64,000 nt of DNA from Scyliorhinus canicula (Eukaryota): assembly GCF_902713615.1 (NCBI RefSeq), contig NC_052149.1, forward strand, positions 126,359,256-126,423,255. Reading direction: 5' to 3'. The notes beneath the pieces are model-generated. The model had not been told where the DNA came from. It did not search any database and saw only the letters and a list, made by a program, of their open reading frames with translations. This document shows positions 49,112 to 62,730 of the stretch, in pieces. Made by a program: the position numbers and the translations under genes. The first letter of the stretch is position 1. Each line of letters starts with the position of its first letter.

Positions 49112-50510
49112 TGTCATGTGAGTGTCCCTTTTTGAAAGGTTTTGTTTGACCTCATGACTTGTAGCACGGTTTCAGTGATGTCATTTGTGGGTGGAGCTGG
49201 GCTGTGGCTATCAGGTGAGAGGGAGTTTAGTGTTTGGGTTTCAGCTTTGGTTTGTTGGTTTGGACTGCAGGAAGTTTCCCTGTTTTTATTTTAAAGCTGT
49301 TCAAGGGAACTGAAAGCACATTGGATGTGGCAAACTGCCTTGGTAACCTTAAAGCTAGAATTGCTTTCCGTAAGGAGTTTTGAATCTGCTGGTTGGAGGC
49401 TGTAGCAGAATCTCAGTGAAAGGACCAGTCCCATTCAAGTGAGATTACAGTGTGCTGGGCCACCCCCTTGAAAGGGGTTTTGGTTTTATTGGATTTTGTA
49501 TTGAATTGGAACAGTTACTAAGGGGGATTCATTAAGAGTTATATACATAGATTACTGTAACTGTTGGGTGTTTTTCATGTTTGTAAATTATAACAAATTC
49601 TTGATGAGCATTTTATATACGTTAACTATTTTCTTATGACAAACTTTGTTTTGATAAAAGCGCCCAGGAAGTCTGATGAATCACACCTGAAGTGAAGACT
49701 CTTGTGCTCATCCTAGTCAAATTCAACATAAAGGTTATAGGTCAGGTGTGCTGAGCATAGAACATACAGTGCAGAAGGAGGCCATTCAGTCCATCGAGTC
49801 TGCACCGACCCACTTAAGCCCTCACTTCTACCCTATCCCCGTAACCCCTCCTAACCTTTTTGGCCACTAAGGGCAATTCACCATGGTCAATCCATCTAAC
49901 CTGCACGTCTTTGGACTGTGGGAGGAAACCGGAGCACCCGGAGGAAACCCACGCAGACACGGATGGAATGTGCAGACTCCGCACAGTCAGTGACCCAGCG
50001 GGGAATCAAACCTGGGCCCTGGAGCTGTGACGCCACAGTGCTATCCACTTGTGCTACAGTGCTGCGTAATACACTTTGGAGTTTCTATGGAACATAACAA
50101 ATTGGGAGCTCGTCCGGGATAAAAGTCTATATTTTGTGATGAGGTTGGCTTACTTAACTCAAAGACAGTAAGGGGTGAGCATATTTCTGTTTGCTTTTCA
50201 GGTGCTGTTTTCAAGTTTAAATATGGAGTGTGTTGTGGACAATTGCTCCTTCAGAGGCACAGAAGTTTTTGGTGGTGGAGAAGGTCTTTCAAAGTACTTT
50301 ACAAACAGTGTTTAAAACAAGGCTTTTAAAATTTGCAAAATTATTACAGTTAACATTGCCTGACAGGGTACGGAAAGGAGAAGCAATTGCGGCAGTAGCT
50401 GAGCATTTAAAATTGCCTGAGGCTCAGTCAGAATCATTGGAAATAGCAAGAATTCAATTACAGATGCAGCAGCTTGAACATGAAAAAGAATGAAAGCAGC
50501 TTGAATTCTA
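49112..50510 (+). mobile_element. LTR retroelement 5' end: LTR 49112-50099 (V-SINE at 49754-50066), tRNA-Pro PBS 50103-50120, gag N-terminus
   Basis: TGTCA...ACA ends; PBS TGGGAGCTCGTCCGGGAT is one mismatch from the tRNA-Pro PBS; gag SEAQKFL...SESLEIARIQLQMQQLEHEKE. Confidence 0.85.
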
Positions 50511-51159
50511 AATGAGTTCTCGCCAGCTTTCACAAAGATTCATCCAGATTCGAAATGTCAGCTCCCTTCTCTCTCCACAGATGCTGTCAGACCTGCTCAG
50601 ATTGTCCATTATTTTCTGTTTTCGTTTCAGATTTCAGCATCTGTAGTAATTGGCTTTTACCTTATCACTGTCCTCCACCTTCAACAGCTCAGCCACCAGA
50701 GAAGCGAGTCACTGTGCCTTGATAGCACCACCTCTTCCCCCTTCAACACCTCGCCATGCTCCTGCACCATCTCCGACATCCATCAAACTGCCTCTTGTAG
50801 TAGGACTAAAGGGTCCTTCGTCAGCTGCTTAAAATTCTCCAGCATTTCCCTGCCATGCCGCTCGAAATGTTTACTGAACTGCTTATCAAACTCAGCCATC
50901 ATCACCTCTACCAGCACATCCATCGTTACTGAAGCAGCCCACCACCATCTTCCCTCCTACAGCACTCCTCACTGAACTCGACCCTGCCGGCGGATTATAG
51001 CTCACACCCTTCTTCAAAGTATTCCTTCTTTGGTTCTCAGACATCTCTCGTAACCAACTTTCAACTGGGCCAGGTTTCCATGGGAATTCTTCCTGGAAAA
51101 TGGGTGGAAAATGCCAAAAACTATCATATTGGGCCAAAGAAGAACCAGGCCTGTAAATA

Positions 51160-53512
51160 GTATGTAATAGTCCAACTTGGGAAGGGGCCATACAGGACCT
51201 GGTATTGGGGAATGATCCCAGCCAGGTGGTTGAAGTTTCAGTCGGTGATTACTTTGGGAATAGCGATCACAATTCCTTAAGTTTTAGAATACTCATGGAC
51301 AAAGACGAGAATGGTCCTAAAGGAAGAGTGCTAAATTGGGGAAAGGCCAAGTATAACAAAATTCGGCAGGAGCTAGCGAATATGGATTGGGAGCAGCTGT
51401 TTAAGGGTAAATCCACATTTGAAATGTGGGAGTCTTTTAAGGAAATGTTGATCAGAGTGCAGGACAGACATGTCCCTGTGAAAATGAGGGATAGAAATGG
51501 CAAGATTAGGGAACCATGGATGACGGGTGGAATTGTGAGACTAGCTAAAATGAAAAAGGAAGCATACATAGGATCGAGGCAACTCAAAACTGATGAAGCT
51601 TTGGAGGAATATCGGGAAAGTAGGACAAATCTCAAACGCGCATTAAAGAGGGCTAAAAGGGGTCATGAAATATCTTTGGCTAACAGGGTTATGGAAAATC
51701 CCAAAGCCTTTTATTCATATATAAGGAGCAAGAGGGTAACTAGAGAAAGGATTGGCCCACTCAAAGACAAAAGAGGGAATTTATGCGTGGAGTCAGAGGA
51801 AATGGGTGAGAATCTTAATGAGTAATTTGCATCGGTATTCACAAGGGAGAGGGACATGACGGATGTTGAGGCTGGGGATGGATGTTTAAATACTCTAGGT
51901 CATGTCGGCATAAGGAAGGGGGAAGTTTTGGGTATTCAAAAAGGCATTAAGGTGGACAAGTCCCCAGGACCGGATGGGATCTATCCCAGGTTACTAAGGG
52001 AAACAAGGGACAAAATAGCTGGGGCCTTAACAGATATCTTTGCAGCATCCTTGAGCACAGGTGAGGTCCCGGAGGACTGGAGAATTGCTAATGTTATCCC
52101 TTTGTTTAAGAAGGGTATCAGGGAAAATCCAGGGAATTACAGACCTGTGAGCTTGACGCCAGTGGTAGGCAAACTGTTGGAGAAGATACTGAGGGATAGG
52201 ATCTATTCACATTTGGAAGAAAATAGACTTATCAGTGATAGGCAGCATGGTTTTGTGCAGGGAAGTTCATTTCTTACAAACCTAATAGAATTCTTTGAGG
52301 AAGTGACAAAGTTAATTGATGAGGGAAGGGCTGTAGATGTCATATACATGGACTTCAGTAAAACTTTTGATAAAGTTTCCCATGGAAGGTTGATGGAAAA
52401 AGTGAAGTCGTATGGGGTTCAGGGTGTACTAGCTGGATGGATAAAGAACTGGCTGGGCAACAGGAGACAGAGAGTAGTGGTGGAAGGGAGTGTCTCAAAA
52501 TGGAGAAAGCTGACTAGTGGTGTTCCACAGGGATCAGTGCTCGGACCACTGTTGTTTGTGATATACGTAAATGGTCTGGACGAAGGTATAGGTGGTCTGA
52601 TTAGCAAGTTTGCAAATGATACCAAGATCGGTGGAGTTGCAGATAGCGAGGAGGACCGTCAGATAATACAGCAAAATATAGATAGATTGGAGAGTTGGGC
52701 AGAGAAATGGAAGATGGAATTCAATCCAGGCAAACGCAAGGTGATGCATTTTGGAAGATTTAATTCAAGAGCGGACTATATGGTCAATGGAAGAGTCCTG
52801 GGGAAAATTGATGTACAGAGAGATCTGGGAGTTCAGGTCCATTGTACCCTGAAGGTGGCAAAGCAGGTCGATAGAGTGGTCAAAAAGGCAGACAGCATGC
52901 TTGCCTTCATCGGACGGGGTATTAAGTACAAGAGTCGGCAGGTCATGTTACAGTTGTATAGGACTTTGGTTAGGCCACATTTGGAATACTGCATGTAGTT
53001 CTGGTCGCCACATTACCAGAAGGATGTGGATGCTTTGGCGAGGGTGCAGAGGAGGTTCACCAGGATTTTGCCTGGTATGGAGGGCGCTAGCTATGAAGAA
53101 AGGTTGAGTAGATTAGGATTGTTTTCGTTGGAAAGACGGAGGTTGAGGGGGGACCTGATTGAGGTCTACAAAATTATGAGAGGTATGGACAGGGTGGATA
53201 GCAACAAGCTTTTCCCAAGAGTTGGGGTGTCAGTTACAAGGTGTCATGATTTCAAGGTGACAGGGGGAAAGTTTAATGGAGATGTGCGGGGAAAGTTTTT
53301 TACGCCGAGGGTGGTGGGTGCCTGGAACGCTTTGCCAGCGGAGGTGGAAGAGCCGGGAACGATAGCATCTTTTAAGATGCATCTAGACAGATATATGAAT
53401 GGGCGGGGAACAGAGGGAAGTAGATCGTTGGAAAATAGGCGACAGGTTTAGATAAAGGCGCAGGCTGGGAGGGCCGAAGGGCCTGTTCCTGTGCTGTAAT
53501 TGTCTTTGTTCT
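51160..53512 (+). mobile_element. Young 5'-truncated CR1 (HER1-like) ORF2 with few stops
   Basis: ORFs 51205-51825, 51856-52998 and 53026-53451 are collinear, with stops at the breaks; KSPGPDG, NYRPVSL, GVPQGSVLGP; catalytic FADD reads FAND. Confidence 0.92.
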
Positions 53513-53519
53513 TTGTTAT

Positions 53520-54970
53520 TAGGCAGTGTGCCTTAACGACTGCGGTCAGGTGGCCTTGATATCGATCATTATGAAGCGCTTCTAGAGGTTTGTCATGTGA
53601 CACAGCAACACCAACCTTCCAGATTGCCTTCATCCACTGCAATTCAGATACTGCCACAGCAGGTCCACAGCGGACGCCATCTCCCTGGATCTACACTCAT
53701 CCCTGGAGCATCTCAACAACAAGGACTCCTACATCAGACCACCATTGACTACAGCTCCACGTTCAACCCCATAATCTCAGCCAAGCTCCTTTCAAACCCC
53801 CAAAACCTGCGACTTGGCTCCACCCTCTGCAACTGGATCTTCGACTTCCTGACCCATAGACCACAATTAAAAAGGATAAACAACAACACCTCCTCCATGA
53901 TAGTCCTCAATACCGGAGGCCCCATGGCTGTGAACTTAGCCCCCCTACTATACTCCTCCATGATAGTCCTCAATACCGGAGGCCCCATGGCTGTGAACTT
54001 AGCCCCCCTAATGGGGAACTTAGCCTCCCTATGCCACACGACTGTGTGGCAAAATTCAGCTCCAACTCCAGCTACAAGTTTGTTGATGACACGACCGTAG
54101 TGGGTCGGATCATAAATAACGATGAGTCAGAGTACAGGAGGGAGATAGAGAACCTCATGGAGTGGTGTAACGGCAACAATCTCTCCCTCAATGCCAGCAA
54201 AAATAAGGAACTAGTCATCGACTTCAGGAAGTGAAGTATCGAACACACCACTGTCTGCATCAACGGGGCCAAGGTGGAGATGGTTGATAGCTTCAGATTC
54301 GTAGGGGTACACATTTCCAAACATCTGTCCTGGTCCACCCACATCGACGCTACGACCAAGAAAGCACAACAGCGCTCTACTTCCTCAGGACACTGAGGAA
54401 ATTTGGCATGTCCACATTGACTCTTACCAACATTTATAGATGCACCATAGAAAGCATCCTACCTGGCTGCATCACAGCCTGGTATGGCAACTGCTCGGCC
54501 CAAGACCGCAAGAAATTACAGAGAGTTGTGAACTCAGCCCAGTCCATCACACAAACCTGCCTCCCATCCATTGACTCTGTCTACACCTCCTGCTGCCATG
54601 GCAAAGCGGGCAGCATAATCAAAGACCCCTCCCACCCGGCTTTTTCTCACCTCCAACTTCTTCCATTGGGCAGGAGATACAAAAGCCTGAGAACACGTAC
54701 GGACAGATTCAAAAACAGCTTCTTCCCGCTGTTACCAGACTCCTAAATGACCCTCTTATGGACTGAACTGATCTCGCCACAAATCTTCCCGACTGAGTAG
54801 CACTGTATACCGTATGTTCACCCAATGTCTGTGTTTATGTATTTACATTGTGTATTTATCGTATGTCCCCTGTTTTTCATGCATGGAGCGAGTTGTCTGG
54901 ACTGTATGCAGAACAATACTTTTTGCTGTACCTTGGTACACGTGACAACAAATCTAAAAGTGAATCTAAA
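53520..54970 (+). mobile_element. Rex1/Babar-like LINE, RT to 3' tail, with a 63-bp internal tandem duplication (about 53890-54010)
   Basis: [38 protein letters not shown]-like, RFKNSFFP motifs. Confidence 0.85.
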
Positions 54971-55769
54971 TCTCAAAGCAAGGATTCTGGCAGGAGTTCC
55001 CAAACGTGCGATCTTCTCCTACATGTCGCCATCGGAAATCTGCTTCAGGGGTAATTGTCAGCTGTTCTTTTCGGATACAAAGTTAAACAGTTTTATATTG
55101 TATTCATATTAAAGTTTTTTAAAAATAATACCAAATACCTATTTCTTTGTGCAATCACTCCTGGAGTGAATCATTCTTTCCACACAGTCTTACGAAATAA
55201 ACTAAAATATTGGGATTTCAGTCCAGTATCTGAACCACTTTTGGGATCAGGTCTGGGGTCATAATAATGGAATGGGCAGGTTAGCGAAGGAATTAATGAG
55301 AAACATTCTATTGAAATGCAGCAAAATAACGGAGCCATCCTCATATGGAAGATGACCATTTTCATCCTCCTCAGCTTCCGACTCTTCCAAATCCCCCTCG
55401 TCCGAGGAAATCTCCGCCTCCTCCATTTCTCCCTCTGGCAAGTGATCTTCCCTCTTCAACTCCAGGCTGTTCAGGGTGCAACGGACCATGGCAACAGGGA
55501 CACTGTTATGGATCCTCGAAGAATATTTCGTATTTGTAATTATGGGTATTAGGGATAGGTTTTAGCTTGAAGTTTCAGTTTCATTTAAATTCTTTATCTG
55601 TGGTTTAAAAAATTGAAAACTGGGTCTGGTTTCATTGTAGAGCGGAGATAGCATCTCTACAGTTGTTTGGCCACCTGCATTTTTAATGAGGTTTTATAAC
55701 CCTTGAAGGGAAGTTAAAACAAACACAAAGTAGAAAAAAAAACGGTGCTGTTGCCTAGCAACAGTGATC

Positions 55770-57075
55770 CAAAGGGAGAGGAACTCGTAACTCCTGATCT
55801 CTTACCATCAAAGATTGACCAGCTCCAGTATCTCTTAAAATTGTGACTTCTTTACCTACTCCTTCTGGTACACATGAGTAAACTTTACCCACACAAGTAA
55901 ATTCTTTAAAGAGATCTGGAACCTTCTTATCAATCACCTCATGATCAGGCTGTACATTCTTTTGCATCTCCTTCACTTCAATCGGGCTTTCCTTTTCTTT
56001 TTCCCTCATTTCGAATTCAAGCTGCTGGAATTCTTTTTCATGTGCAAGTTGCTTTATCTGCAATTGAATCCTTTCCATTTCCAATGATTCTGACTGTGTC
56101 TCAGGCAATTTTGAATGCTCAGATACTGGCACAATTACCTTTCCCTTTCCTCCTTTGGCGGGCAATGTAAACTACAATGTTTTGTCAAATGTAAAAGCCT
56201 TGTTTTAGTCTTCGTTTGTAAGGTACTGCACGTGACCTTCTCCATCCCCAAAAACCTCAGAGCCTCTGAAAGAGCCATTGTCCACAACATACTCTCTATT
56301 CAATCGTGAATACAACACCTGAAAAGCAAACAGAAATATGCTCACCACTCACTGTCTATAAGTTCACTGAGCTAAACCAATCACGAAAGATAGACTTTTA
56401 TCCGACACGCCCCCAATTTTGCTATGGTCCAGGGCTTAGAAACTCCAAAGTATATTATGAAATTCACCTGACCTACAACCTTTATGTTGAATTTGGCTCA
56501 GATTGGCACAAGAGCCTTCAGTGCAGGTGTGATTCATCAGACTTCCCAGAGACTCTAATCACAACAAGGTTTATTCTAAGAATGTAGTTAACATACATAT
56601 ATATGAACACAGCAAGAATTTTTATCAATTAAAAACATAAACACACCACACAGCGACAGTAATCTATGTGGAGCGCTTAATGAATTCCCCCTTAGCCTTT
56701 CCAATTCAATGAGAAAATCCAATAAACCAAGAAGCCCCTTTTCAAGGGCGTCGCCTCGCACACTGTATTCTCACTTGAAGGTGACTGGTCCTTTTCATGA
56801 AATTCTGATCCAGTTCCATCCAGCAGATTTAAACATCTTCTGGAAACCAACTATATCTGTAAAGTTACCGAGGCAGTTTAGCCACACCCAATGTGCTTTT
56901 TACTGGAACAGCTTTTAAAATAAAAACAGAGAAAGACGGGGAAAATACTTATTTCTTCTTCTGTAGTCCAACCCAGTCAAACTGAAACCCCCTCTCCCCT
57001 CACAGCCACAGCCCAATGTGCTACAAGTCACATGATAAGGGACTAAACCTTTCTTAAAGGGACATTCACATGACA
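55770..57075 (-). mobile_element. Second copy of the tRNA-Pro LTR element: LTR 56420-57075, degenerate PBS, internally deleted gag fused to protease (ILRDTGA)
   Basis: LTR start tgtcatgtgaatgtcccttt and gag KLPETQSESLEMERIQLQ match the 49112 copy. Confidence 0.82.
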
Positions 57076-57860
57076 GTACTCTGAGATTTGACCACTACGG
57101 TTGTGTCGTTGGGAAACTTGTAGATGGAGTTGCAGCCAAATTTTGTCATGCAGTCTTGTGTGTGTAGGGAGTACAGTAGGTGGATAAGTACGCATGCTGG
57201 TGGGGCCCCGGTATTGAGGACTATCGTGGAGGAGGTGTTGTTGTTTAGTCTTACTGATTCTGGTCTATGGGTCAGAAAGTCGAGGATCCAATTGCAGAGT
57301 GAAGAGCCAAGTCCTAGGTTTTGGAGCTTTGATAGAAGATTGGCTGAGATTATGGTGTTGAAGGAGGAACTGTAGTCAATAAATAGGAGTCTGGTGTAGG
57401 AGTCCTTGCCGTTGAGATGCTCCAGGGTTGAGTGTAGGGCCAGGGAGATGGCGTCTGCTATGGACCGGTTGCGGTGGTATGTAAATTGCAGTGGATCTAG
57501 ACATTCCGGGAGTATGGAGTTGCACTTGAAGCACTTCATTACGATCGATGTCAGGGTCAAAGGATGGTAGTCATTGAGGCACATTGCCTGGTTATTCTTT
57601 GGCACCGGCATCATGGTGGTCTTTTTGAAGCAGGTGGGGACCTCCGAACTGAATAGGGACAGGTTGAAGATGTCTGTGAACATATCTGACAGCTGGTCAG
57701 TGCAGAATCGGAGTGCACGACCAGGGACAATGCCCGGACCTGTCGCCTTTCAGGAAGGCTGATCTGACTTCGGAAACTCCGACAGTGGGTATGGATGTGT
57801 GCGAGGCTGCTGTGCAGTCAACAGCAGTTTGATGGACTCCTGATCAAACTGTGTGCTGAA
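57076..57860 (-). mobile_element. Rex1/Babar-like LINE RT fragment
   Basis: VPTCFKKTT, LDPLQFTY, LFIDYSSSFNTI, YKFPNDTTVV. Confidence 0.85.
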
Positions 57861-57864
57861 TGCA

Positions 57865-59870
57865 TACACAGACTGGATTGTACAGTGTGATGTACCTGTG
57901 TACACAGACTGGATTGTGAAGTGTGATGTGCCTGTGCACACAGACTGGATTGTGTTGTCTGATGTACCTGTGTACACAGACTGGATTGTGAAGTGTGATG
58001 TACCTGTGTACACAGACTGGATTGTGAGGTGTGATGTACCTGTGTACACAGACTGGATTTGTGAAGTATGATGTACCTGTGTACACAGACTGGATTGTGA
58101 AGTGTGATGTACCTGTGTACACAGACTGGATTGTGAAGTGTGAAGTACCTGTGTGCACAGACTGGATTGTGTAGTGTGAAGTACCTGAGTCACAGACTGG
58201 ATTGTGTAGTGTGAAGTACCTGAGTCACAGACTGGATTGTGTAGTGTGATGTAACAGTGTACACAGACTGGATTGTGTAGTGTGAAGTACCTGAGTCACA
58301 GACTGGATTGTGTAGTGTGATGTAACAGTGTACACAGACTGGATTGTAAAGTGTGATGTACCTGTGTACACAGACTGGATTGTGAAGTGTGATGTACCTG
58401 TGTACACAGACTGGATTATGAAGTGTGATGTACCTGTGTACACAGACTGGATTGTGAAGTGTGATGTACCTGTGTACACAGACTGGATTGTGAAGTGTGA
58501 AGTACCTGTGTGCACAGACTGGATTGTGTAGTGTGAAGTACCTGAGTCACAGACTGGATTGTGTAGTGTGATGTAACAGTGTACACAGACTGGATTGTGT
58601 AGTGTGAAGTACCTGAGTCACAGACTGGATTGTGTAGTGTGATGTAACAGTGTACACAGACTGGATTGTAAAGTGTGATGTACCTGTGTACACAGACTGG
58701 ATTGTGAAGTGTGATGTACCTGTGTACACAGACTGGATTATGAAGTGTGATGTACCTGTGTACACAGACTGGATTGTGAAGTGTTATGTACCTGTGCACA
58801 CAGACTGGATTGTGAAGTGTGATGTACCTGTGTGCACAGACTGGATTGTGAAGTGTGATGTACCTGTGTACACAGACTGGATTGTGTAGTGTGATGTACC
58901 TTTGTACACAGACTGGATTGTGAAGTGTGATGTTCCTGTGTACACAGACTGGATTGTGAAGTGTGATGTGCCTGTGCACACAGACTGGATTGTGTTGTCT
59001 GATGTACCTCTGTACACAGACTGGATTGTGTAGTGTGATGTACCTTTGTACACAGACTGGATTGTGAAGTGTGATGTTCCTGTGTACACAGACTGGATTG
59101 TGAAGTGTGATGTACCTGTGTACACAGACTGGATTGTGAGGTGTGATGTACCTGTGTACACAGACTGGATTTGTGAAGTGTGATGTACCTGTGTACACAG
59201 ACTGGATTGTGAAGTGTGATGTAACAGTGTACACAGACTGGATTGTAAAGTGTGATGTACCTGTGTACACAGACTGGATTGTGAAGTGTGATGTACCTGT
59301 GTACACAGACTGGATTGTGAAGTGTGATGTACCTGTGTACACAGACTGGATTGTGAAGTGTGATGTACCTTTGTACACAGACTGGATTGTGTAGTGTGAT
59401 GTACCTGTGTACACAGACTGGATTGTGAAGTGTGATGTACCTGTGTACATGGACTGGATTGTGAAGTGTGATGTACCTGTGTGCACAGACTGGATTGTGA
59501 AGTGTGATGTACCTTTGTACACAGACTGGATTGTGTAGTGTGATGTACCTTTGTACACAGACTGGATTGTGTAGTGTGATGTACCTGTGTACACAGACTG
59601 GATTGTGAAGTGTGATGTACCTGTGTACATGGACTGGATTGTGAAGTGTGATGTACCTGTGTACACAGACTGGATTGTGAAGTGTGATGTACCTGTGTAC
59701 ACAGACTGGATTGTGAAGTGTGATGTACCTGTGTACACAGACTGGATTGTGAAGTGTGATGTACCTGTGTACACAAACTGGATTGTGAAGTGTGATGTAC
59801 CTGTGTACACAGACTGGATTATGTAGTGTGATGTCCCTGTGTACACAGACTGGACTGTGAAGTGTATCGT
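57865..59870 (+). repeat. 36-bp minisatellite (gtgtacacagactggattgtgaagtgtgatgtacct), about 55 copies, with 34-bp variants
   Basis: Seen directly; each unit carries the palindrome TGTGTACACA. Confidence 0.96.
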
Positions 59871-60224
59871 CACCCAGAGAATTCATTTCTAACTATAATA
59901 AAGACATTTCACTGTTAAGTTTTGCTGTTGCTTTTATTTGATGTTTATACATTGGCACAATACTCTGGCCAGATGCTCAGAGGAAAGGATGGAGCTCAGG
60001 GAGGTGTGTATCTGAGAGGAAGGTCGGACACTCAGAGGGAGGGATGGAGCTCAGGGAGGGGTGTATCTGAGAGGAAGGTCGGTCACTCAGAGGGAGGAAT
60101 CTCAGATGGAAGGAGGTTGCTGTCCATTCTCTCCTCCTTGTGCTGCAGCCCAGGTATCAGTGTGAAGCCTCTGGCTATCTCAGCCTGGCTGGCCTCGTCC
60201 ATCCGGAAATGATTGTCCTGTTAT

Positions 60225-60900
60225 AAGATCACAACAAATCAAAACAACAGGAGTCCATTCGGCCCCTTCAATCTGCTCCAACATTGTTTTTGATCCTGGG
60301 TGATCTTCTCTCTCAGTCCCTCTTTCCCATACTATTCCCATACCTATTAAATCGACTCGGTTTCAATAATCTATTGCTTTCTGCAGTGAGGAATTCAATA
60401 GATTCACAACACTTGGAGTGAAGTAATTTCCCCCCATTTAATTCTTAAACGTCCAACTCTTTATCACGAGACAGTGATCCCTAGTTCCATATTCCACCAA
60501 TACTTTAATTTCTTTCTTATCCAAAAATCATTTGGACTCTATCTTAAAAATATCCAACAACTCTCTCAGTGGTGAATTCCCAATATTTACCAATATTTGG
60601 AATGAATCTCCCCATCTTAGTCCAAGATGGTTAACCAAATCTTTCTGAAACTGTGAGCCGTGTGATTTCCCAGATCCATCTGCTCAAACCATCTTCTCAT
60701 GTCCCAGTCCACTCAATCCCTTCTCATCGGACAATCCCTCATCCCGGGAATCAGTCTCAGGAATCTTTGCTTCTTTCCTTCCAAGGCCAGTATATCCATC
60801 CTCAGGTAAGGAGACAAACACAGTTCCCAGTGATCCCGGTCTGGATTCAACAAGCTCCCATATAATTGTAGTAAAACCTCTTCACTCTGACAATGTACAG
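60225..60900 (-). mobile_element. Old CR1 3' fragments
   Basis: LCLSPYLRMDILALEG and CR1 tail on the minus strand. Confidence 0.7.
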
Positions 60901-61185
60901 GGGCTGACACAGTCTCTCTCTCTCTCTCACCAATCTCACTCTCATTCCTTTCCTTCTCTCTGTTACTTACCTCACTGTGTCAATCTCTCTCTCTCACCAA
61001 TCTCACTCTCATTTATTCTTCATTTCCTTCTCTCTGTCACTTACCTCACTGTGTCAATCTCTCTCTCTTCTTCCATCCCCCTCTCTCACTGACTCGCTCC
61101 TCTCTCTCTCTTTCCCCCTATCCTCTCCCCTGCTCTCTCTTACTCAATCTCAATCTGTCTCTCTTCCTCTATCTCAATCTCACTT

Positions 61186-61510
61186 GGGGCGGCATGGTGG
61201 CACAGCGGTTAGCACTATTGTCTCACAGTGCCGGGGACCCGTGTTCAATTCTGGCCTTGGGTGATTGTCTGTATGCAGTTTAGACTTTCTCCCCGTGTGT
61301 GCGTGGGTTTCCTCCGGGCGCTCCGGTTTCCTCCCACAGTCCAAAGATGTGCTGGTTAAGTGGTTTGGTCATGCTAAATGGCCTCTTATTGTCCAGGTTA
61401 GGTGGGGTTACAGGGATAGGACAGGGGAGCAATCCTAGATAGGGCGCTCCTTTAGAGGGTTGTTGCACACTCGATGGGCCAAATGGCCTCCTTCTGTCCT
61501 GTAAGAATTC
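61186..61510 (+). mobile_element. V-SINE
   Basis: gggcggcatggtggcacagcgg head and conserved core. Confidence 0.85.
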
Positions 61511-61689
61511 AATTCTATTGTTCTCTCTCTCTGCATCCCTCCTTCTCTCTGTCTCCCTCCCTCTCTCACTCTCTCTCCCACTCTTCCCTCTTCTCCCTCT
61601 CTCCCTTTATCCCCCTCTCTCTCCCTCTCCACCCTCTCTCTCTCTCTCAATGCTCCTCTCTCTCTTCTGTCTCACACACTCTCTCTCTA

Positions 61690-61721
<32 letters not shown>

Positions 61722-61804
61722 AATCCCTCGCTCTCTCCTCCCTCTCTCTCTCACTCTGTCACGCTCTCCCTTGCTTTCTATATCTCTCTCTCTCCCTCAC
61801 TCAC

Positions 61805-62730
61805 CAATGTGGAAGATAAGTGAATGGCTGTGGGTATGATTTATAGGAATTCCCAGAAGACATTTAAAAAGGTTCCAAACAAGCGGCTGTCAATAAAAAT
61901 GGAAGCATATGTAATTTGAGGAAAGCTTTTGCAATGGATGAGGAATTAGTTAGGAGGTAGGAGACAGGGAGTCAGGATAATGTGTGTGACTCCAATCAGC
62001 AAGATGTGAATTGTGATGTCTCCAGGGATCTGAGCTGGAGCCTCAGCTTTTCACTGTATTTCTCAATGACTTGGATGAAGGAATAGAGAGACATATATCC
62101 AAGTTACTGACCACACTAAGTGAGGCAGCTTGGAGGAGGTTACAGAGATAGGGAGGGTAGAGGACAGGGAGGGGTTTGAGAACAAGGATGGGAATTTAAA
62201 ATCGAGGCATTGCTGGACCGGGAGTCAGTGTAGGTCAGTGAGCAGAGGGGGTGATGGATGAACGGGATTTGGTGTGAGTTCAGATCCAGGCAGCAGAGTT
62301 TTGGATCAGCTGATGTTTACGGAGGGTGGTAGGTGTGAGGCCGGCCAGGACAGCATTGGAATAGTCACGTTTAGAGGGAACAAAGACATGGAGGAGATTC
62401 TCAGCAGCAGATGATGTGAGGCAGGACGGACTCGGGCGATGTTACTGAGGGGGAAATAGGCCGTCATAGTGATGGAGCGGATGATGTGGTGGGAAGGTCA
62501 TCTCAGGGTCAAATAGGACACCATGGCTGGGAACTGTGTGGTTCAGAGTCAGACAGGCCCAGGGAGAGGGATGGAATCAGTGTCTGGGGAACAGAGATTG
62601 TGATGGGGACTGAAGACAATGGCAGATGGAGTTCAATGTGGGGCTGTGAAATCATCCACTTTGGATCAAATAAAGAGAAATCAGAATCATTTCTAAATGG
62701 TGGGAAGCTGGGAATTGTGGAGGAACAGAG
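61805..62730. mobile_element. Mosaic of old CR1 (+) and L2 (-) fragments
   Basis: FQKTFKKVP-like and WQMEFNV-like CR1 pieces; L2-like 3' region at about 62130-62620. Confidence 0.55.

Noticed and set aside
50034-50040. Perfect heptamer CACAGTG
   Set aside because: Part of a SINE head; no nonamer and no Ig coding segment nearby.
57750-59886. ORFs with repeats TQVHHTSQSSLC and YTGTSHFTIQSV
   Set aside because: The 36-bp unit is a multiple of 3, so frames stay open trivially; no start context or flanking exons.
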